DNA of 64,000 nucleotides, taken from positions 5,081-69,080 of the IMG/VR virus record IMGVR_UViG_3300009506_000021. One strand, 5' to 3'. The notes beneath the pieces were generated by a model. It saw nothing but the letters and a program-made list of their open reading frames with translations. It searched no databases and was not told the origin of the DNA. The translations under genes were made by a program, and so were the position numbers. Shown in pieces: positions 28,467 through 38,841 of the stretch (its first letter is position 1; each line of letters starts with the position of its first letter). Source of the DNA: a virus.

Positions 28467-29543
28467 TTAAAACTCAGCATCTGCTGTCCAATGGACACGA
28501 TATCTGTCGGTCGCCGTAAATGCCCCCGTTGCCGCAATGTTCTGGATTCCTCTTGCAGAAGCAGCAAAGGAACTAAACGTCAGACTTGCCGAATCAACTC
28601 CTGTAATCTCATTGCTTGTTCCAGTTGTTCCATATACAGCAAACGTTGGTGTTGTTCTCATTATTACCAAAAATGGTTCACTGATATATTGAACCAAGGC
28701 TGCTCGGTCAGCAGCCAGGTTCCAAGCGCCAATGGTTGTTGCGGTGCCAGGAGCCGTGCCATACTCATAACTCTTTTGGTAGTACCTTTGGCACAGTGCT
28801 AACTCTTCACCAATTGGACGAAGCACGAATGGAGTTGCCTGCTTTCCTACCTCCATCTTCACTCCTGTAAAACGGAAAAAGTTGCTTGTGCTATCCAAAT
28901 TGTTTACCTGACCGGTTGAACCAATATAATTTCCACTTAACCAGGAACCTGGAGTTCCGGCATACGTCGAACCAGTACCGGGCGTGAAAAGCACACTCAA
29001 CGCACGATTGGAGCCAGTCAGCCAAGTTCCATTACGACACCCAGGAATCGTTATCTCTGAGTATTCCCAAGTGTCAGCCGACGACTGCGTATACTCAGCA
29101 ACATAGGACCGCGTAGCGTCATTGTTCCGAATTGCTATTGCGTGCGTACCTATCTTTGTGTGGGCGTGCCAGAATGATATAGTAAATGATTGTGCCTGCG
29201 AGCTTCCCAGAGCAAGTGGCTCAGCATCATAGCCTTCCATATGATACAGAATATGGGCATACTGTGTTGCCGCCAATGACGTGTCAGCTGTTGTCACATC
29301 CAATTCAAAATATTTGGTAAAGGGACAAAGGTTCTGTGGTGAGCCGGTAGGAGCATTTACACCCTGGCTGATAGTTACAACTGCATCAGAGTTTGCACCA
29401 TACCCCCACCTGTCAAGACTATAGGTGGATGTTATTGCTGGGAAAGAAGTACCACGTTGAGCAATACGCATATCTCCATTGATTATCATATTTTTGTTTG
29501 CAAGCTGTGATCCCACAGCACCAAGCTGTCTTGCTTTACTCAT
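28467..29543 (-). CDS. virion/tail-fibre-associated protein, putative carbohydrate-binding fold
   Basis: NMIINGDMRIAQRGTS...DRW...ELALCQRYY family pattern; paralog of the next gene. Confidence 0.75.
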   Translation of the reverse strand: MSKARQLGAVGSQLANKNMIINGDMRIAQRGTSFPAITSTYSLDRWGYGANSDAVVTISQGVNAPTGSPQNLCPFTKYFELDVTTADTSLAATQYAHILYHMEGYDAEPLALGSSQAQSFTISFWHAHTKIGTHAIAIRNNDATRSYVAEYTQSSADTWEYSEITIPGCRNGTWLTGSNRALSVLFTPGTGSTYAGTPGSWLSGNYIGSTGQVNNLDSTSNFFRFTGVKMEVGKQATPFVLRPIGEELALCQRYYQKSYEYGTAPGTATTIGAWNLAADRAALVQYISEPFLVIMRTTPTFAVYGTTGTSNEITGVDSASLTFSSFAASARGIQNIAATGAFTATDRYRVHWTADAEF

Positions 29544-29545
29544 TT

Positions 29546-30634
29546 TTAAATCTCCGCATCCGCTACCCATGTACCAAGCACGTGCAACGAATCATATAAA
29601 GTGAAAGTTCCAACACCCTGAATAAGTATGGTTTTTGTTAATGCAGATGCAACTGTCGTACTTGTAAAATCAACCCAGGATGAGCCATTATAATAAGACC
29701 ACTGTCCAGCAGTACCACCCGCTCCTGGTTGATACACTGTCACAGTTGGGTTGTTTCGCATTTCCACTTCTAAGTTTACTACAACGCGGGCTGCAGTTGT
29801 AGCATATGCTGTGCCGATGCTGTAGTCGTTACTTGACAAATCAGCCGCAACCGTTGTTCGCGCACATGACTTTTGATAGTAGCGTTTACAGGCAGCTAAC
29901 ACTTCATCAAATCTCTGAACCTCAAAATCCGTGGCTTGATCTCCAATTTCCAACTGAACATTACCAATCCGAAAGAAATTACTTGCGCTGTCCATGTTGT
30001 TCACTTGGTTTGCCGTTGCAATGTAGTTTCCTGCCGACCACGTATTTGCAGTTGTTTGATAAGTAGTGCCACACATCATAGCAAATGTAAGAGCAACACC
30101 CCAAGTGGTGTCAACCGCCCACGCACCGGATGTGTCTCCGGGGATTGTTACTGTTGAGTACTCCCACGTGTCCGCAGCCGATTGTGTGTACTCCGCAATG
30201 TATGCCCGAGTGCCTGCTGAATTTCTCAACCCAACGCAGTGTGTGCCAGTTTTAGTATGAGCGTGCCAAAACGAAACCGTCACCGTTTTGGCACTGGATG
30301 AACCAAAAGCCAACACAGAAGACGTGAGTCCTTCTATCTTTTGTGTTATGTGATCAACATCTGTAGAACCAACTGTTGCATCAGCGGTTGTAACGTCCAC
30401 ATACAGCCCATATTTAAAGGGAGCGTTTGTAAATGCAACATTCCCCTGGTTTACGTTCACTACCGCTGTCGTGTTAGCGCTACCGTGCACCCAGCGATCC
30501 AGTGTGTACTCAGCCACACCTGCACCAACAATGGATGTTCCTCGTTGGGCAACACTAAAATCTCCATTAATAATGAGATTCTTCTTTTGTGGTAAAATTA
30601 GTCCCCAATCAGCAGCGTCTCTGTTAACTGTCAT
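29546..30634 (-). CDS. virion/tail-fibre-associated protein (paralog of 28467-29543)
   Basis: NLIINGDFSVAQRGTS, SFWHAHTK.GTH, AEYTQS.ADTWEYS shared with the neighbour. Confidence 0.75.
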   Translation of the reverse strand: MTVNRDAADWGLILPQKKNLIINGDFSVAQRGTSIVGAGVAEYTLDRWVHGSANTTAVVNVNQGNVAFTNAPFKYGLYVDVTTADATVGSTDVDHITQKIEGLTSSVLAFGSSSAKTVTVSFWHAHTKTGTHCVGLRNSAGTRAYIAEYTQSAADTWEYSTVTIPGDTSGAWAVDTTWGVALTFAMMCGTTYQTTANTWSAGNYIATANQVNNMDSASNFFRIGNVQLEIGDQATDFEVQRFDEVLAACKRYYQKSCARTTVAADLSSNDYSIGTAYATTAARVVVNLEVEMRNNPTVTVYQPGAGGTAGQWSYYNGSSWVDFTSTTVASALTKTILIQGVGTFTLYDSLHVLGTWVADAEI

Positions 30635-30643
30635 ATCCTTTCC

Positions 30644-30871
30644 TTATAAAGCATCGGCTTCCGTTTGAGTAATCAGTCCCTTTTGCACCAATAGATCCAG
30701 CAATTTATCCAATTTACTTTTTGGAGTTGGTGGTATAGCAGGAGGCACAAAATTATCGATTGGCGTGTTATTTTCCACCAGGGCTTGGTACTCGATGTTT
30801 CCTGAATCCACAGGTATAAATGAATTACCAACCTGAATTACTGTGTGTTCTTCATTCACATATTTTGGCAT
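30644..30871 (-). CDS. putative tail fibre assembly chaperone-like protein
   Basis: FIPVDSGNIEYQ motif; next to fibre genes. Confidence 0.55.
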   Translation of the reverse strand: MPKYVNEEHTVIQVGNSFIPVDSGNIEYQALVENNTPIDNFVPPAIPPTPKSKLDKLLDLLVQKGLITQTEADAL

Positions 30872-30882
30872 TGTTCTTTTCC

Positions 30883-31479
30883 TTATGGTCCTATCATTGT
30901 AATGACTGGACTTACAAACTTGTAATAAATTTTCATCTGCATGTATGATACCTGAAGCCCCAAAGGAGCTACATCATCATAAACCATGTAGTTCCATCCA
31001 AAGTTAGCATTGTTCACAATGTCAGGTGTTAAGGTTGAGCCCCACGTTGTGTATGGTCCACCGTATATGTAATCTCCCCACGTTTGTGGAGATCCTACAC
31101 CAGAACTATACGGTGGTATCCACGAGTCTGTATAAGCCTCACTCAATGCAGGTGGTGAACCGTACGACAAGGGTGAACCATCGTACCGTAAACTGTATGT
31201 TGTTAGATAAGCAACATTGCCAGCAAAGTTACCCGTATCACCTGATCGCACATATCCTTCCACTCCAACTATTATAGCCTTAGCCGGTATGTTAAAATTG
31301 AAGTTCCTTGCCAATAGCGCTGGACCATCACCAGGATTGTGTCCATTAAATTTTGAACCGGACCATGTAGCAAAGTTGACATCCGTTGGAGTTGCTGCAT
31401 TCTGTGGATTCCCCCAATTGTTACCACCAGCCCAAAACCCAGTCACTGTGCTCGGAGATTTCCATCCAGTATCAGGCAT
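30883..31479 (-). CDS. putative virion structural protein
   Basis: beta-rich, FNFNIPA.AIIVGVE, YGG.Y.TWG.TLTP..VN..NFG. Confidence 0.65.
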   Translation of the reverse strand: MPDTGWKSPSTVTGFWAGGNNWGNPQNAATPTDVNFATWSGSKFNGHNPGDGPALLARNFNFNIPAKAIIVGVEGYVRSGDTGNFAGNVAYLTTYSLRYDGSPLSYGSPPALSEAYTDSWIPPYSSGVGSPQTWGDYIYGGPYTTWGSTLTPDIVNNANFGWNYMVYDDVAPLGLQVSYMQMKIYYKFVSPVITMIGP

Positions 31480-31798
31480 TGTCTTCTACTTCCATTTTGC
31501 ACCCCTTATGGGCACGGCCACGATGTACAATGTCAAATGCTCTTGCACTCTTATTCATTTCTTGCTCAAACTTTTGCATCAAAAAGCCATTCATCAGCCT
31601 TGGAAAAGTTAGCACGCTGTATGCGATCCAACTTGGCTGAAATTCAGGGTTGTCTTGAATGATTACCATAAACTCACCCATTGTAATGTTTCCCAGTGCA
31701 CGGCACCAATCCTTTGCTTCCTGGCATGGGTTTGCTTTTGCATCAAGAAAATCCAACACGTCAGAAAGTTTATCATTCTGTGTGTAAATTCTTGCCAT
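31472..31798 (-). CDS. hypothetical protein
   Basis: ATG overlaps upstream stop. Confidence 0.6.
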   Translation of the reverse strand: MARIYTQNDKLSDVLDFLDAKANPCQEAKDWCRALGNITMGEFMVIIQDNPEFQPSWIAYSVLTFPRLMNGFLMQKFEQEMNKSARAFDIVHRGRAHKGCKMEVEDNA

Positions 31799-34203
31799 TA
31801 CGTCCTCGTACAATATAAAATGATACTAGCCATAATTGCCGATGCATCACTTGATAACGTTACTTCAACCTTATCTCCTGCCACTGCCAACTGATTTGCT
31901 GTAGCAGTAGAATGTCCTTCCGTAGATGTTAGAGATAATGCACTCAACCCTGTTACACTGACACCACCAATCTTGATGTTGGCACTGATCGTTCCTGATG
32001 CTGTTTGGTAGTATGCTTCATTAATTGTGAAACCAAATTGTGCACGCTGTTGGATTGGATACGTATCGTTGTCACCAACGGGCAACGTAAATTGAATACT
32101 AAAGTCATTGTACTTAGCATCGATCTGACCCTTTGTATAGTGATTCGCTACATTGAACGTATCAAACGCCGTAATCTGAAACACATCATCCACTGCTGGT
32201 GTAAACGACAATGTGACGCTTGTACCTGTTGAAGCTGTGAAGTCAACTCCACTTTCAAGACGAACACCATTATAGAAAACCTGAATCTCTCCCACGGCGT
32301 ACGCAAGGGAGCTGCCATTGTCGTCAATTCCGGACAATACAGTTGTGATTGGGCTACCGGCAATTGTATACTTGAAGTTGCTTAGATATACTTGCTGGCC
32401 ATTAATCGTAAAATTGGACCACTCAAGAACCTGCAATATGTTGCCTGCTGTGGCACCCGTTGCCAACACAATAGAACTACCATCGCTGGCTGTATAATCG
32501 CCATCAACAGGTGAGCCTGTATTTGTACCATCAACAAGTAGCGTACCATTCAAATAAACCTGAAGCTCACCCGGAATGTAGGCAAGCGTTTGTCCTCTAT
32601 CATCCGCACCTGAAAAAGATGTTTGGCCTGCTGTCGCTGTATACCGGAATACATCAACAGATGCTCCTGGTGTACGAGGAGCCCACGTTGGAGGTGAACC
32701 ATCCACGTACATCAAAACATCCCCAATGTTTGGTGCGGGAGAACCATCTATTGTAACATCGGCAAGGTTACCTAACAGTCCTCCTGTTATTAAAGAAACA
32801 CCATTGAACGTAATATCACCACTTTGAATGTAAAGAGTATCAGCATTGTAATCTGCTTTGAGTGGTGTAAAGGCTGTTGTTGCAAAACTGTCCAACATGC
32901 CGCGAAGGTTAAACACACCACTTTGAACGTATGCTGTGAAGTTTTGATCTACGGTTGCTGTGTCAAGCCAATTGAGTGATGGGTTGTTGTGATATAGTGT
33001 CTGCCCAACTTTAAATAGGTTTGCACGAGACTCCAACGCAACATTGTCTCCACCATATTGAAGGTTTGCACCAAGTGCAAGCAACTGTGATCCATAGTTT
33101 GCATAGAATACTGCATTGTACACGCTTGTTGGAGAACCAGCAGGTGGACGAGCCGAGATAACAAATCCATTTGTAGAATTGAAGCTAACCTTGACAGCTG
33201 ACAACGTAGAGTCATACAAGCCACCAATGCCATCATCATTATATGCGATTGCATAAGCATTTGTGGATTCTTGCTCAACAACAAGACCACCAGATGAGTC
33301 AACACCATCCCAGAATCTTTGGTCAGTAACGGAATATGAAACTGACAGGGTACTTGATGTGCCTTCCATCAACAGTTGATGGTTGTTATAGGTGATTACG
33401 TTACCTTGCGACAACTGCAAGACACTTGCTAGCTGATGAGCACCAAATACACGATTCCATTGCTGAGGGCTACCTGTATCCCAGGTGTAGGCTGTAATAT
33501 AACTGTTAAGGTCTGATGGAATTGAACCAAAGAATCCTCGTGACTCTGTAGTGTAACTTTGTGTCAGGTGTCCTTGGAAGGCACTGTCATGAGCAACGTC
33601 CTTTGCTCTTGCGATGATGAAAGAACCACCTGTTGCTTGAACTACCTGTTGTGTTGTAAAAATATTAACGCGGTCTTCAAGAGCAACCTGACTACCATTA
33701 AATGTAAGGCTGTCTGTGGTACCTAAAATAAGCGTACTGCAATTTGAGTTTGCAATGATTGCATTATTAACAGTGTCAGGCGAACCAGATATGTCGTATG
33801 TACGAATATACAAACTAACAGCATGTCCGCTGCCGGCATTGTTTGCGGAAAAGTATGCTACACTTGAGTTGTTATATTCGTAGATCTTAGTATCACCGGG
33901 CAAATATGCTTGTGTTATACCAAGACCACTACAGTTAAGCGTGCCAGCGATCGTTACTGCATTGTTAAATGTGTTTGTACCTGACCATGTATTGTTAGCA
34001 GCTAGTGGACCATATAACGTAGCCAGTTCCGTAGCTGGAATTAAGGTATCCCAAGAGCCCCCACCATACACCTGCAAACGATTCGAATCGGTCCGAAAAA
34101 ATAGCTCACCCGTTTCCGGATGTGCGGGATCACTTGCTCCAGAAGGAACAACAGGATTGATTATAACTGATCCTTCGGGGTTGTCAATACCATAATGCTT
34201 CAT
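31798..34203 (-). CDS. tail fibre-like structural protein
   Basis: G/T/S-rich; tandem YT......SG.DD.G..LAY..GE.QV..NG modules; behind TAAATA box and AAGGAG RBS. Confidence 0.75.
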   Translation of the reverse strand: MKHYGIDNPEGSVIINPVVPSGASDPAHPETGELFFRTDSNRLQVYGGGSWDTLIPATELATLYGPLAANNTWSGTNTFNNAVTIAGTLNCSGLGITQAYLPGDTKIYEYNNSSVAYFSANNAGSGHAVSLYIRTYDISGSPDTVNNAIIANSNCSTLILGTTDSLTFNGSQVALEDRVNIFTTQQVVQATGGSFIIARAKDVAHDSAFQGHLTQSYTTESRGFFGSIPSDLNSYITAYTWDTGSPQQWNRVFGAHQLASVLQLSQGNVITYNNHQLLMEGTSSTLSVSYSVTDQRFWDGVDSSGGLVVEQESTNAYAIAYNDDGIGGLYDSTLSAVKVSFNSTNGFVISARPPAGSPTSVYNAVFYANYGSQLLALGANLQYGGDNVALESRANLFKVGQTLYHNNPSLNWLDTATVDQNFTAYVQSGVFNLRGMLDSFATTAFTPLKADYNADTLYIQSGDITFNGVSLITGGLLGNLADVTIDGSPAPNIGDVLMYVDGSPPTWAPRTPGASVDVFRYTATAGQTSFSGADDRGQTLAYIPGELQVYLNGTLLVDGTNTGSPVDGDYTASDGSSIVLATGATAGNILQVLEWSNFTINGQQVYLSNFKYTIAGSPITTVLSGIDDNGSSLAYAVGEIQVFYNGVRLESGVDFTASTGTSVTLSFTPAVDDVFQITAFDTFNVANHYTKGQIDAKYNDFSIQFTLPVGDNDTYPIQQRAQFGFTINEAYYQTASGTISANIKIGGVSVTGLSALSLTSTEGHSTATANQLAVAGDKVEVTLSSDASAIMASIILYCTRT

Positions 34204-34229
34204 AGACTGCAGTCTCCTTAACGTCTTCG

Positions 34230-34250
34230 TATTTATGAAAAGGATAAATA
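34230..34250. promoter_or_regulatory. divergent pair of TAAATA late-type promoters
   Basis: TAAATA on minus (34235-34230) and plus (34245-34250) strands between divergent genes. Confidence 0.65.
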
Positions 34251-34268
34251 CACTCTGAGGGTCAAATA

Positions 34269-34838
34269 ATGAACTTAGACGAAGTTTTACACGGCAAATC
34301 CAAAAAGATACATCCGATCGTTTCAGAGTGCGCAGAGTTTCTGATCGCAGCCGAAGGACAGCCTTTACTTAAAAATCTTCCAGCTCAATCTGAAGATTTT
34401 CGTAAAGTCAAGCTACGCTTGCGAAAGAACAAAGCTCGAAATGAGTTTGCAAAGACATTCAACGAAGCTTTCAACGAGATCCCACAACTACGACAGCGAG
34501 CGTTATTTGCAAATGGACCAGAGTCCTTTATTGCCGAATCTGGCGAGAAAGAGCCATTTTATATTTTCCCAACTAACGGTTTCAAGTTCATGTACAGCCT
34601 CGAGGTGTCAAATTCAAACACCGACTACATGGATGCTTTTGATACAATTCTTGAACAATTCCATCATGATACACAACTGATGGAACAAGTACTCAAATAT
34701 ACGTACACCAGGGAAAACCTTGCTGAAGGTATTCAGCGAGGCTCGGAGATCATTGTTTACAACATTCCCTACTGCTACGCGATTCGGGAGAGTTCTGTTC
34801 CATCTTACGAAGACCTCATCGAGGGATTACGTCCATGA
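34269..34838 (+). CDS. hypothetical phage protein
   Basis: 189 aa ORF with RBS. Confidence 0.75.
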   Translation: MNLDEVLHGKSKKIHPIVSECAEFLIAAEGQPLLKNLPAQSEDFRKVKLRLRKNKARNEFAKTFNEAFNEIPQLRQRALFANGPESFIAESGEKEPFYIFPTNGFKFMYSLEVSNSNTDYMDAFDTILEQFHHDTQLMEQVLKYTYTRENLAEGIQRGSEIIVYNIPYCYAIRESSVPSYEDLIEGLRP

Positions 34839-35095
34839 CGCTTTTCAACGATTCGTCAGTTGTAAAGGTTCAAGAAACCAAGATCCGAACGTCAAATGCT
34901 GACCCTAATGAGTTTCCGAGAATTTTAGGCACAAGCGGTTTGCCAATTCCGCTCACAGAAAAAGAACAAGAAGCACTTCGCCGGGCCCTAAGGAACAGCG
35001 TGAAGATTCTCGATAAAGGGTATTTGCGAGGCGATGTTGATCAAATTAGCGAATCAGGAGATACTACAACCATCATCATAACAAAATCGAGGTGA
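34835..35095 (+). CDS. hypothetical protein
   Basis: ATGA overlap. Confidence 0.5.
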   Translation: MTLFNDSSVVKVQETKIRTSNADPNEFPRILGTSGLPIPLTEKEQEALRRALRNSVKILDKGYLRGDVDQISESGDTTTIIITKSR

Positions 35096-35098
35096 AGT

Positions 35099-35344
35099 GT
35101 GGATCTCAATGTTCATAGTTTTATCAAGGGTTCGGCAATGATAGCAATGATAACGGCTGCTTGCCTTATCAGTGCTTCACCGTATTTGGCTGCTCACAGT
35201 GCACTTACTTTCTGCCTTTTTCTGTATGTGCATATCATTTGGTCCTCATACGCTCTTGTGATGAAAGAATACTCCCTACTTGTGATGAACATAGGGTTAA
35301 TGCCGTTTGATTTCTATGCAATCGGTATAAGAATGTTTATATAA
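35099..35344 (+). CDS. small multi-pass membrane protein
   Basis: about three hydrophobic segments; GAGGT RBS, GTG start. Confidence 0.65.
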   Translation: MDLNVHSFIKGSAMIAMITAACLISASPYLAAHSALTFCLFLYVHIIWSSYALVMKEYSLLVMNIGLMPFDFYAIGIRMFI

Positions 35345-35365
35345 ATATGATAATAGGAGACAAAA

Positions 35366-35656
35366 ATGTCACAGAAAATTCTTGCAGTTAAGCTACGTTC
35401 AGGTGAAGAAATCATTGGTCGCGTCGAAAACGATGGCGACAACACGCTAACCTTATCTCACGTTCGTGCGATTCAGCTTGTCCCAACAGGACCTCAGCAG
35501 CTTGGCGTAATGATCGTCCCTTACGTTGCAAGCAACGAAGATGGTGATATTACATTCCATCGTGAAGCAATGGCTTGTGTTCCATTTGAGCCAAAGAATC
35601 CCGATGTCGAAAAGCAATACATGCAGCAGACTACGAGTATTGCTCTGCCAACCTAA
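35366..35656 (+). CDS. Sm-like domain protein
   Basis: VKLRSGEEIIGRV...Y.Q.T..I pattern typical of T4-like phage Sm-like proteins; TATAAATA at 35340-35347. Confidence 0.65.
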   Translation: MSQKILAVKLRSGEEIIGRVENDGDNTLTLSHVRAIQLVPTGPQQLGVMIVPYVASNEDGDITFHREAMACVPFEPKNPDVEKQYMQQTTSIALPT

Positions 35657-35665
35657 GGATAGTTA

Positions 35666-36721
35666 ATGGCTGTAGTTCAGTATAAGTGCACCACGTGTAA
35701 ACGCGAAATTGAAATTCCTGAAAACAAATACGGGCTGGAGGCTATTCAGCGCTGTACTATTACAGAGGGTTGCCGTGGTGAACTATACCGAATCGGACGA
35801 AAGCAGGATTTCTCACGAGGGGATTTTCCTGCTCGAGTGCCTGGACTGACAGACTATACGCCTCGGCGAGCCTTATACAACCACACGCAATCGGTTGCAG
35901 CTCGTGATTGGTTTGTCGAACACAACATGGGGGTGTATCCTGCTGTTCAAGTCCTAATTGAAAGTGCTGCAGCCACAACATCTCAAACAGACACAACAAT
36001 TCCCTGCGATCAGCGTGGCAACGTTGATGCATATGTACAAACTGAAACTACTGACTTTACTGTCGAGATTGTTGACGCAAACAATCTGATTATACATTTT
36101 GCAAGTCCTCAATCTGGACTTGCACAGCTAATTGCTCGATCAACCGCATCGAACATCCAGACAGCTGCTGCAACCACAACCGTCGCCGAGTCGTACCAGT
36201 TGACTGCAACTGGTTCTCTTTTGACTGTTGCAACGCTGAACGAAATCATTCCTGAACCAAATACTATTTCTGTTGACATTACCTACAAGTCTCCAGATGG
36301 TACAACAAGCGTTACACAAACATACAATATAGGCACGTCGCCTGACATTGATTCTCCTTGGAACGATTACACTGTTGTCCTCATTCAGGGCAAGCGTTAC
36401 AAGGTTCGTACGTTTGATGCGTACATCCCTGAAATGGGAGATGGTACGTTGCCTGATGGTTCTTCGTTCTACTTTAGCTCACTGGACATTGACGCTACTG
36501 GTACCCCTCCAGGTCCTCGAGGGTTGAATCCTCGAGAGGTATTTGTGTTGTTGGGTCTCGACCCATACGCTAACATCGATAAGGTTACAAACCAAGTCAT
36601 CGATGCGAGCAGCGTAGATGCCGATAATGCGGAGCTTTCCCTATTCTTATCAGGTCGCGAGCTGTTTGCGTTCACCTCTGTCATTAAGTCAACATTCCCA
36701 CCAATACGCCAGATAAGTTGA
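35666..36721 (+). CDS. putative virion structural protein with N-terminal Cys cluster
   Basis: CTTC..C...GC; contains the W.v.H.lG..P.VQV module shared with the 53.8-57.2 kb genes. Confidence 0.65.
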   Translation: MAVVQYKCTTCKREIEIPENKYGLEAIQRCTITEGCRGELYRIGRKQDFSRGDFPARVPGLTDYTPRRALYNHTQSVAARDWFVEHNMGVYPAVQVLIESAAATTSQTDTTIPCDQRGNVDAYVQTETTDFTVEIVDANNLIIHFASPQSGLAQLIARSTASNIQTAAATTTVAESYQLTATGSLLTVATLNEIIPEPNTISVDITYKSPDGTTSVTQTYNIGTSPDIDSPWNDYTVVLIQGKRYKVRTFDAYIPEMGDGTLPDGSSFYFSSLDIDATGTPPGPRGLNPREVFVLLGLDPYANIDKVTNQVIDASSVDADNAELSLFLSGRELFAFTSVIKSTFPPIRQIS

Positions 36722-36746
36722 TTTCAACTTTAGTGTTGTGTATAGT
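36718..36746 (+). promoter_or_regulatory. sigma70-type promoter
   Basis: TTGATT-17-TATAGT. Confidence 0.6.
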
Positions 36747-36777
36747 GGGTTCAAAATAATAATGAACAAGGACTGCT

Positions 36778-38106
36778 ATGAACCTCAAAAAGCAAAAGCT
36801 GCTTGTGGAATACCTTATTTCTTCGGTTGACACTTTCGCTCTTTGTACCACAATTGTAAAACCCGAATACTTCGATCCAGAAGTGCGTGATTCTGTTCGT
36901 TTCGTCCAAGACTATTATGAACAGTATAACTCCTTACCTACTCCCGACCAGATTGAAGCTGAAACATCACAAGTGTTTGATCTTCGCGAGGTCACCCGCG
37001 ACAAGGTCGAATATTGTTCGAGAGAGGTCGAACGCTTTTGTCGTAGTGAGGCTGTCAAGAAAGCAATAATGTCAGCCGCCGCAATCTACGAAAAAGGCGA
37101 GGACGATCGGTTCCCCGAAATTCAAAACCTAGTTAAAGAAGCTATCCTTACCTCCCTACAGAGAGACATGGGAACGAGTTTCTTTGACGACGTAAACGCC
37201 ACACTAGACAAACTGCTTACTGCTGAACTTTATGAACCTACTCGTTGGAAAGAATTTGACGAGATCCTTGGTGGTGGTCTTGCTCGTAAGCAGATGTTAC
37301 TGCTTTCTGCAAACTCTGGTGGTGGTAAGTCTATTGTTATGGCTAACCTTGCTCTCAACTATGTTGAGAGTGGACTGAACGCTCTGTACATTAGCCTTGA
37401 GCTTTCGGAGGAGATGATTTACCAGCGCTACATTGCGATGGTGACAGGTCATGGAACCAAAGAGTGGCAACACCACAAAGATGACGTTGCACACAAGATC
37501 ACGAGTACAGGCGAAAAGAGTGGTAACCTATTCATCAAGCGCATGCCACAGGGAACCAACAGTTCTCGCATTCGCGCTTACCTGAAAGAGTTCGAATTGA
37601 AGAATGGGTTTGTGCCTGACGTCATTGTAGTCGACTACCTTGACTTGATGGGTTCGAACGAAAAGATTTCCGCTGATAATGTCTTCGAAAAGGATAAGCG
37701 TTCATCAGAAGAGTTCCGCGAAATCGCAAACGACTATAACGCAATCGGTATCACTGCATCCCAGCAGAACAGGGGTGCCGTAAACGCAACCGAGCTCAAC
37801 CACAGTCATATTGCTGGTGGTATCAGTAAGATCAACACAACCGACGTTTATGTCAGCATCATCATGAACGATCAAATGAGGGCAAAAGGCGAGATGGCAT
37901 TACAGTTCTTGAAGACTCGTTCCAGCGATGGCGTAGGTCAAACGATCCACCTTGACTACAATAAGGTTACACTACGAATTACGGATCCAAACAACCTTAC
38001 CCTCCCTCCAAAAGGACCCTCAACAAAGAGGGAACCGGAACCTGAAAACGAGATAGATACCGTAGGAAATGGTTTATTCGATCTAATGTCTTCGATCAAC
38101 GGTTGA
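36778..38106 (+). CDS. DnaB-like replicative helicase (gp41-like)
   Basis: ANSGGGKS Walker A, YISLELSE, VVDYLDLM, TASQQNR, KTR. Confidence 0.92.
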   Translation: MNLKKQKLLVEYLISSVDTFALCTTIVKPEYFDPEVRDSVRFVQDYYEQYNSLPTPDQIEAETSQVFDLREVTRDKVEYCSREVERFCRSEAVKKAIMSAAAIYEKGEDDRFPEIQNLVKEAILTSLQRDMGTSFFDDVNATLDKLLTAELYEPTRWKEFDEILGGGLARKQMLLLSANSGGGKSIVMANLALNYVESGLNALYISLELSEEMIYQRYIAMVTGHGTKEWQHHKDDVAHKITSTGEKSGNLFIKRMPQGTNSSRIRAYLKEFELKNGFVPDVIVVDYLDLMGSNEKISADNVFEKDKRSSEEFREIANDYNAIGITASQQNRGAVNATELNHSHIAGGISKINTTDVYVSIIMNDQMRAKGEMALQFLKTRSSDGVGQTIHLDYNKVTLRITDPNNLTLPPKGPSTKREPEPENEIDTVGNGLFDLMSSING

Positions 38107-38131
38107 CACACCAAAACAAAACTTATATAAT
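38103..38131 (+). promoter_or_regulatory. consensus sigma70 promoter
   Basis: TTGACA-17-TATAAT. Confidence 0.88.
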
Positions 38132-38157
38132 ATACGCCAAACAAATAGGAGAACACC

Positions 38158-38427
38158 ATGACACTTAAAGCCGAAGAAACACGAGTCGTATCAATTGGGG
38201 ATCGTACCATTGCTGTGACCGAACTGCCCGAGCGGGCTCAGCAGCTTGTTGCTTACTACGACGATTGGAAGCAGCGGGAACTGGACGCAAGGTCCCACTT
38301 GCTGTCCCTTCAGATTGCAATGCAGGGTATCACCCATCAGATTGCACAGGCAGTCGAGGAAGACGCAGCTGCCAAGGCTGAAGTCGAAGCCCCCGCCGCC
38401 AACGAATCCGGTGAAGGTGATGCTTAA
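38158..38427 (+). CDS. hypothetical protein
   Basis: AGGAG RBS. Confidence 0.75.
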   Translation: MTLKAEETRVVSIGDRTIAVTELPERAQQLVAYYDDWKQRELDARSHLLSLQIAMQGITHQIAQAVEEDAAAKAEVEAPAANESGEGDA

Positions 38428-38722
38428 AGAGAACACTCTCACCCATATTCGTTACGACAAAAAGGGAGAAGTAACGGAACGCGATGTGATCGTGACGTAC
38501 GTTCCTACCCCAAGACGTCTTAACGTAAAAGCCATCGATGTGAGTGATCTTCCTTCCGAAGAAGCTGAGCGCATGCTTAATGCGTGGAACGAATATCAGG
38601 AGTATTTGGAAAACCAACGAAAGACCCTCTTTGCCTTTGAAGATTTCGTTGAGCAGACGACAGGGAGCGCACCTACAATCAAGTGGCGCACATTTAAACC
38701 CGATCAGTTGGAAGAGTTGTAA
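38420..38722 (+). CDS. hypothetical protein (WYL-like Y.KKGE.TER.V start)
   Basis: start at ATG 38420; IRYDKKGEVTERDV. Confidence 0.65.
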   Translation: MLKENTLTHIRYDKKGEVTERDVIVTYVPTPRRLNVKAIDVSDLPSEEAERMLNAWNEYQEYLENQRKTLFAFEDFVEQTTGSAPTIKWRTFKPDQLEEL

Positions 38723-38755
38723 GTATCTCTGCACCATTACAAGCCTGATTTCCTT

Positions 38756-38781
38756 AACCCCGCTTCGGCGGGGTTCTTTTT
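38756..38781 (+). terminator. intrinsic terminator with UUCG tetraloop
   Basis: AACCCCGC-TTCG-GCGGGGTT then CTTTTT. Confidence 0.9.
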
Positions 38782-38841
38782 GCCTGTATAAATATCTAAT
38801 ACCATAAATATACACGAATTGGTTTATTAAAGGAACTCACT

